Of a DNA stretch of 59,609 nt, positions 54,527 through 59,609 are shown piece by piece. The stretch comes from an uncultured Gammaproteobacteria bacterium (lineage in GTDB: Bacteria; Patescibacteriota; Patescibacteriia; Patescibacteriales; UBA12465), in NCBI GenBank assembly GCA_964609365.1, contig CAZSRC010000001.1, positions 1-59,609 on the forward strand. Direction: 5' to 3'. The notes beneath the pieces were generated by a model. That model saw only the letters and a list, made by a program, of their open reading frames with translations, did no database searches and was not told the origin of the DNA. How positions within the stretch are numbered: position 1 is the first letter of the stretch; the number at the start of each line of letters is the position of its first letter. Both the position numbers and the translations under genes were made by a program.

Positions 54527-55768
54527 CTAGGGTAAATAATTCAATGGATTAACTGGAATACCATTTTTTCTTATTTCAAAATGAAGATGAGGTCCAGTTG
54601 AAAATGGCCCAGCACCAGTTGTTCGAGGAGCTCCTCCGGTTTTTCCAATAACTTGACCCTGACTAACATACTCATCAGCTCTAACACTAACCCCTGAAAC
54701 ATGTCCGTAGACAGTTGAAAAATTATCAGCATGGATTATCATAATATAAGAATAGGCGGTACTACCATCAAATTTAACTCTAGCAACATAACCAGAGGCA
54801 GCAGCCTTAAGGGTTGTTCCCTGAGCAGCTCTAATATCAACACCAGAATGTTCGCCTATAGATTTTCTAAAAGGATAAGATGGATCGCGAAAAGTTGCTG
54901 TAATTGTATTCTTTGTAACTGGCCAAGACCAACCACTTAATGTTTCACCTAGGCCATTATCTTTTTTTTGAGCCAACTTTTCTCTAACTGTTTTTTCAAG
55001 TGAAGATATCTCTGCCATCGCTTGGTCATTTTCCCTTTTAGCTAAATCTAATAATTTTTTATATTCTTTTTCAGATTTTTTAGTTTCAGTTAGTATGAAT
55101 TCTTTATTACTTATCTCCCCTTCTAAAATATTTTTCTTATTTTCTAATTCTTTTTTTAAAACATCTAATGTAAGTTTTTTTTCTTCTAATATCTTTTTTT
55201 GGCTATCCATTTCATCTTTTGAAATTCTTAGAGATGCTAAACTAGTAGCAAGTTCTTTATTGGCATTTTCTAAATAGGTTAATTGATTTATAAAATCAGC
55301 CAAGGAGTTATTTAATAATATTATCTCCAAAGGGCTAACCTGACCTTGTTTATGAAGCATTTTTAATAAAGTAGCAATATGATTCTTTTTTTTCTCAATT
55401 TGCTCTAATTTATTATCAATATCTATTTCTATTTTTTTTATTTCTAAATTATTTTTACTAATCTCTAAAGTAGCCTCTTCTATTTCTAGCTCTGATTTCA
55501 TTAAACGAGTATCTAATATTTCAAGTTGATTTTGTAGAGTATCCTGCTCCTGTTCTTTTGATTTTATTAATTTAGAATATTCTTGTTGTTTTTTTTGAAT
55601 ATTCTCTAATTGTTTTCTTTGGTTTTGAATTTTATTGTTTAAATCTTGAACCTCATCATCAATAGAATTGTATTGACCAATAGCAAAATTAGATTGGGAT
55701 AAAAAAATACCCAAAATTAAATAAAATGAAAAAATAATTATAAATATTTTATTTTTTTTCTTAATCAT
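54527..55768 (-). CDS. M23 (LytM-domain) peptidase with a long N-terminal coiled coil (EnvC-like architecture)
   Basis: Signal or anchor, about 250 aa of heptad-rich sequence, then 'HSGVDI', 'YGH' and 'GPHLHFEI'. Confidence 0.88.
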   Translation of the reverse strand: MIKKKNKIFIIIFSFYLILGIFLSQSNFAIGQYNSIDDEVQDLNNKIQNQRKQLENIQKKQQEYSKLIKSKEQEQDTLQNQLEILDTRLMKSELEIEEATLEISKNNLEIKKIEIDIDNKLEQIEKKKNHIATLLKMLHKQGQVSPLEIILLNNSLADFINQLTYLENANKELATSLASLRISKDEMDSQKKILEEKKLTLDVLKKELENKKNILEGEISNKEFILTETKKSEKEYKKLLDLAKRENDQAMAEISSLEKTVREKLAQKKDNGLGETLSGWSWPVTKNTITATFRDPSYPFRKSIGEHSGVDIRAAQGTTLKAAASGYVARVKFDGSTAYSYIMIIHADNFSTVYGHVSGVSVRADEYVSQGQVIGKTGGAPRTTGAGPFSTGPHLHFEIRKNGIPVNPLNYLP

Positions 55769-55806
55769 AATTTATTTATATCATATTTTGATAAAAAAGG
55801 CAATAA

Positions 55807-58269
55807 CTATAAATCCTCTAAATAATCTTTTTTTATTAAGTTTATTAGACGACTTTTACTGGCAGGATAATTATTTTGATTAAAATTGCTATAAGAAAGA
55901 AAAATTTCTTTTCTCGCTCTAGTAAGCGCTACATAAAATAAACGCTTTTCCTCTTCTAGATTATCACTTTTAAATATAGGAAAAGAACCCTCATTTAAAC
56001 CCAGAATAAAAATATAATCAAATTCCAGTCCTTTAACCTGATGAATTGTTACTATTGGTATTTTTCCTTGTTCTAGTCCTAAAAAATCAATATTTTTTAG
56101 CAAACCAGAAAAATGAAGCAAATTATGTAAGGAACTCCTACTTGTTAAGGATAAGTCATCCCTGGTTTCAAAAAATTTTTTTAAAGTCTGAAAAGATCTC
56201 TCTCTTTGCTTAAAATTTTTATCTTGATAATAATCTTTTAAACCTGACTCTACCCATATAAAATCCAGTAATTCATCTGGTCTTTTTTTGTCTAATTCTT
56301 TTTCCCAATTATATATACTAGAACTAATATTTATAAACTTATTTTTAAATTTATTCCAAAGATTGGTTCTTTCTTCTAATTTATTCTTTAATATTTTTAT
56401 TAAATATAACAATAAATCAATAGTAGCAGCAACATCATCATCAGCACTATGAGTAGCGTTTTTAAAATTTAAATATTTAGCTATATTACTAAGTTTATAG
56501 GAGTCGAGATTCAAAAATCTTCTTGATAAATCTAGAGTATCATAATAATTTTTAAAATCAATATTGATATTATGTCTCTTAGAGTTTTCCTTGATCATAT
56601 TTAAATCAAAGATTATATTATGACCGCAAACAATAGAGTCTCCTATAAAATCTTTGAGATTTTTTAATATTTTTTTAGGGTCCTCTCCTTTTTCTTTCAA
56701 AAACTCATCACTAATTTTATGAACAAAATATGCCGATCCAACTGATTTTTTATTTTTTAAATAATGATGAAATTCTTTGCCAAGTTTGCCATTCACTAAT
56801 TCCCTAGCATAAACCTGGACTATTTCATCGGAACTAGGATTTACTCCGGTTGTCTCCGTATCCAAAACAATAATTCTACCATTATCATGTTGAGATATTA
56901 GTTGTTGATATGGTTCTACAAAATTGTAATTTTTAAAACTTAAAAAATCTGAAATATTTAAACCACAATCTCTACCATTATCATTAATCTTATTTAAGCT
57001 TTCCTCTCCAATGTTTTTTGCTGGCCTTTCGATTAATCTCTTGGCTGAAAATAAATCATTTTTATTTATTAATATTTTTAAATAAGCCAAAATATCCTTA
57101 ATTTCTTTGCGTTTAAAAAAATCATATTGATCAACTGTAAGAAAGGAGATTTTATTTTGAGAAAATATTTCAGCTATATCCTTTATAGCTTTATTAGTCC
57201 TATTTAAAACGGCTATTTTTGCATCAGGATCCTTATCTTTAATTTTCTTTATATTATCAATGGACCAAAGCACCTCTTCGGAAAAATTATAAGCTCTGAA
57301 TAAGTGGACATATTTTTGTCCTTCACTATCATGAGATTGCCCATAATCACTTAACTCCTTAGTTTGAGGCTTCTCCATATTATTCAAAACCGAAAGAAAA
57401 ACTTTAATTAACTCTGGATTAGAGCGATAATTTATTCTCAAAGACATTTCCTTAACGGGATTAAAATGATTTTTAAATAATTGTGCTATGAAAACTGGCT
57501 GAGAGTCCCTAAAACTATAAATAGTTTGATCAATATCACCGATAAATGAGATATTTTTATGTTTTTTAGCTAACTCCTTAATAACTAAATACTCTGATAA
57601 GTGTGTATCTTGAAATTCGTCTAGTTGAATAAAACGAAAACGATTTGACCATTTTTCATTTATTTCGCGATTATTGATTAGAGTTTTTAAAGTTAATAAA
57701 ACAAGCTCATTAAAATCTAGGGCATTTTGCTTTGACAATTCTTCTAAATATTTTTGACTAAAATTAATTAATTCCGGTTCAAGCTCTTTTAGCTTAATGT
57801 TGTGACCCATCTCTAATTGCATCAGTGAAACTCTGTATTTATAAATACTTTCTAAAATATTATAAATATCATTTTTATTTTCAATAAATATTTTTTTTTC
57901 TTTGCTTAAAATATTTCTTACTAAATCAAGTTGGTCATCTTCGTCTAGAATTATAAAGTCTGAGTTTATATTAATACTCTTAGATTCGGCTTTAATAAAA
58001 TAAGCGCAAAAACCATGGAAGGTATTAATATTTAAAGCATCATAATCATTTTTATCATTAATTCTTTCTTTAATTCTACTTTTCATTTCCTCTGAAGCTC
58101 TATTGGTAAAAGTAAGGGCCAAGATTTCACTTGGCTTTATGCCCTGCTCAATAGCCTTAATAATTCTCTCTGTTAAAACTGTTGTTTTTCCAGTACCAAC
58201 TGGAGCATTAACTAGATATGCTCCAAAAATATTATTGATAATTTCTTGTTGTTCATTATTGAATTTCAT
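55807..58269 (-). CDS. UvrD/PcrA-family SF1 helicase with an inserted DEDDh (DnaQ-like) 3'-5' exonuclease domain
   Basis: Helicase motifs: 'NAPVGTGKTT', 'IQLDEFQDT', 'YRSN', 'VTIHQVKGLEFDYIF', 'LFYVALTRARKE'. Between 2A and the C-terminus are 'VLDTETTG', 'GHNIIFDLNM' and 'HSADDDVAAT' (Exo I/II/III). Confidence 0.85.
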   Translation of the reverse strand: MKFNNEQQEIINNIFGAYLVNAPVGTGKTTVLTERIIKAIEQGIKPSEILALTFTNRASEEMKSRIKERINDKNDYDALNINTFHGFCAYFIKAESKSININSDFIILDEDDQLDLVRNILSKEKKIFIENKNDIYNILESIYKYRVSLMQLEMGHNIKLKELEPELINFSQKYLEELSKQNALDFNELVLLTLKTLINNREINEKWSNRFRFIQLDEFQDTHLSEYLVIKELAKKHKNISFIGDIDQTIYSFRDSQPVFIAQLFKNHFNPVKEMSLRINYRSNPELIKVFLSVLNNMEKPQTKELSDYGQSHDSEGQKYVHLFRAYNFSEEVLWSIDNIKKIKDKDPDAKIAVLNRTNKAIKDIAEIFSQNKISFLTVDQYDFFKRKEIKDILAYLKILINKNDLFSAKRLIERPAKNIGEESLNKINDNGRDCGLNISDFLSFKNYNFVEPYQQLISQHDNGRIIVLDTETTGVNPSSDEIVQVYARELVNGKLGKEFHHYLKNKKSVGSAYFVHKISDEFLKEKGEDPKKILKNLKDFIGDSIVCGHNIIFDLNMIKENSKRHNINIDFKNYYDTLDLSRRFLNLDSYKLSNIAKYLNFKNATHSADDDVAATIDLLLYLIKILKNKLEERTNLWNKFKNKFINISSSIYNWEKELDKKRPDELLDFIWVESGLKDYYQDKNFKQRERSFQTLKKFFETRDDLSLTSRSSLHNLLHFSGLLKNIDFLGLEQGKIPIVTIHQVKGLEFDYIFILGLNEGSFPIFKSDNLEEEKRLFYVALTRARKEIFLSYSNFNQNNYPASKSRLINLIKKDYLEDL

Positions 58270-58322
58270 AAATTGGGTTATAACTGAAAATATGTTAAAA
58301 TATTATTATAATTTTAATTAAT

Positions 58323-58949
58323 ATGAATTTAGAAAAAGAGACAAAGTTATTTCAAGGTGGAGTAAAATTTATTGCTGCTATTGATGAAGCTGGCAGAGGT
58401 CCATTAGCAGGTCCTGTTGTTAGTGCTTGTGTAATAATAGATAAAAATTTTAAAATAACTCCCGAACTAGAAATGGTAAAAGATTCAAAAAAACTAAGTC
58501 CCAAAAAAAGACAAGAATTATTTTCAATTATTAAAAAAAATGTCAAAGCTGTTGCTATAGGTGTTTGTGATCACGAAATAATTGATAGGGTCAATATTCT
58601 TCAAGCAACCTTTCTATCAATGAAAAAATCTTTAGAAAAAACACAAATTAATGCTGATATAGTTTTATTGGATGGAAAATTTGAAATTCCAAAAATTCAA
58701 ATAAAGCAAGAGGCTATTATATCTGGAGATAATTTAGTTTTTTCAATTGCCATGGCTTCAATAATTGCTAAGGTTAGTAGGGATTATATAATGGAAAAAT
58801 ATGATCAAGAATTTCCTTTATATAATTTTAAAAAACATAAAGGATATGGAACTAAGGAGCATATGAAAATGATAAGTCTATATGGACCATCTCCAATTCA
58901 TCGACTTAGTTTTGCTCCCTTTTCTCAAAAAAATATAAAAACTAATTAA
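58323..58949 (+). CDS. rnhB: Ribonuclease HII
   Basis: 'IDEAGRGPLAGPVV', 'DSKKLS' and 'ASIIAKVSRD'. Confidence 0.93.
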   Translation: MNLEKETKLFQGGVKFIAAIDEAGRGPLAGPVVSACVIIDKNFKITPELEMVKDSKKLSPKKRQELFSIIKKNVKAVAIGVCDHEIIDRVNILQATFLSMKKSLEKTQINADIVLLDGKFEIPKIQIKQEAIISGDNLVFSIAMASIIAKVSRDYIMEKYDQEFPLYNFKKHKGYGTKEHMKMISLYGPSPIHRLSFAPFSQKNIKTN

Positions 58950-59609
58950 TACAAACATTATCTATCCACACTATCGTATTATTTCCCCATGTTGCTGGAA
59001 CAAAAAGTAATCTAGCGGGTCCTTCATTTGGTGATCCTGGTATATTACTCAAGGTATATTCACTAAAAGTTGTACCTATATTAAAATTATTTCCAATCCA
59101 ATCATCAACCCATGAAGATGTGCTTGCATCATACCACCAACCTGCTGAGTCCTCTATCCATACTTCCAAGGCTTTAACGGGAGAATTAACATCAGCTTTA
59201 GCAAAAAAAGATAAGCTTGATATAGCTTGTGTAGCATCATTTATTGGAATGCCTATTTCCATACTGCCTTCTTGAGAGGAGTCTCCATTACCTATTTTAA
59301 AAGATTTTGTTCCTTGGTAAACATGAGATGGATTTGTTTCTATTTGTAAAATACCATCATCCTGGCCACTATAACTATAATAGTTAAGCGGAAAAATGGT
59401 ATTAGTCTCAAAGGAATGGTTTAAAATTAAATTTGAACCAGCATCATTTAGTCTCAAAGAAATATTATCTACAAAAGAAGTATCATTTTGACTAACAATC
59501 ATAAGGCTAACAACACTACCATTACCAATTACGGCCGGCATTATAAATTCTTGATAAGAGTTTGATAAATCAACCGCTCGAAAATAATTTGGATTAAATG
59601 GATTTTGAG
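58942..59609 (-). CDS. C-terminal part (5' end outside window) of a secreted protein with a carbohydrate-binding-module-like jelly-roll
   Basis: The minus-strand frame stays open upstream of the track's ATG (59541) to the window edge. 'LILNHSFE', 'W......G', 'KIGNGDS' and the terminal 'WIDNVCIN' resemble CBM4/9-like modules. Composition is atypical (G/S/N/W-rich). The stop overlaps the rnhB end by 8 nt. Confidence 0.45.
   Translation of the reverse strand, partial: QNPFNPNYFRAVDLSNSYQEFIMPAVIGNGSVVSLMIVSQNDTSFVDNISLRLNDAGSNLILNHSFETNTIFPLNYYSYSGQDDGILQIETNPSHVYQGTKSFKIGNGDSSQEGSMEIGIPINDATQAISSLSFFAKADVNSPVKALEVWIEDSAGWWYDASTSSWVDDWIGNNFNIGTTFSEYTLSNIPGSPNEGPARLLFVPATWGNNTIVWIDNVCIN

Noticed and set aside
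1-59609. Looked for a DGR template repeat, Avd or reverse transcriptase matching the candidate variable region at 160-360.
   Set aside because: No ORF shows RT motifs (YxDD). No intergenic region is long or GC-rich enough to be a template repeat. No second copy of the conserved 3' end (ggtttttcggctcgttgc) was seen by eye. The retroelement claim therefore remains a hypothesis about sequence outside the window.
1-59609. CRISPR arrays, tRNA, rRNA or tmRNA genes, transposases and prophage genes.
   Set aside because: No regularly spaced direct repeats longer than the 3x9-mer were found. No intergenic region contains tRNA-like T-arm/acceptor patterns; the largest gaps are 320 and 307 nt and are explained by small ORFs, promoters and terminators. 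No transposase or phage structural motifs appear in any ORF.

Overview
This is a very AT-rich, gene-dense bacterial chromosomal window with about 57 CDS and short spacers. It uses the standard genetic code: conserved genes such as gltX and hppA end in TGA.

Housekeeping content:
- Translation and transcription: secE-nusG-rplK-rplA, rpmA, four aminoacyl-tRNA synthetases (gltX, aspS, leuS, serS), typA, engB, greA, rsmI, a TsaC-like gene.
- DNA and nucleotide metabolism: pyrG, dnaX, lexA, rnhB, a Xer-type tyrosine recombinase, a UvrD-like helicase.
- Envelope and division: alr, ftsQ, uppP, GT4 and TagA-like glycosyltransferases, a Wzz-like protein, an S41 protease, an M23 peptidase.
- Other: a K+-type membrane pyrophosphatase, hemerythrin, and a small ferredoxin that the ORF track missed.

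The streamlined repertoire, an orphan VirD4-like ATPase and K/N/I-rich proteins suggest a small-genome CPR/Patescibacteria-like organism. That is inference only. I found no rRNA, tRNA, CRISPR array, transposase or prophage.

Observations most worth a second look:
1. The C-terminal lectin-fold segment at the left edge (nt ~160-360) is adenine-depleted and NNY-codon-rich, like a diversity-generating-retroelement variable region. Its template repeat and reverse transcriptase are not in the window.
2. A 28-bp dif-like site lies just upstream of the xer gene, bracketed by two copies of a TACTATATAGTA palindrome. It sits where gene orientation flips from a 20-kb all-plus block to minus.
3. The UvrD-family helicase has a complete DEDDh exonuclease domain inserted in its 2B region.
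4. A TagA/WecG glycosyltransferase is fused to a Nudix hydrolase.
5. A tightly packed ferredoxin-hypothetical-VirD4/TraG-like ATPase-uppP operon has no other secretion components nearby.
6. A GH3 adenylating enzyme, a membrane protein and an HExxH protein form a cluster behind aspS.

All protein calls rest on motifs I recognised by eye. None has been checked by database search.
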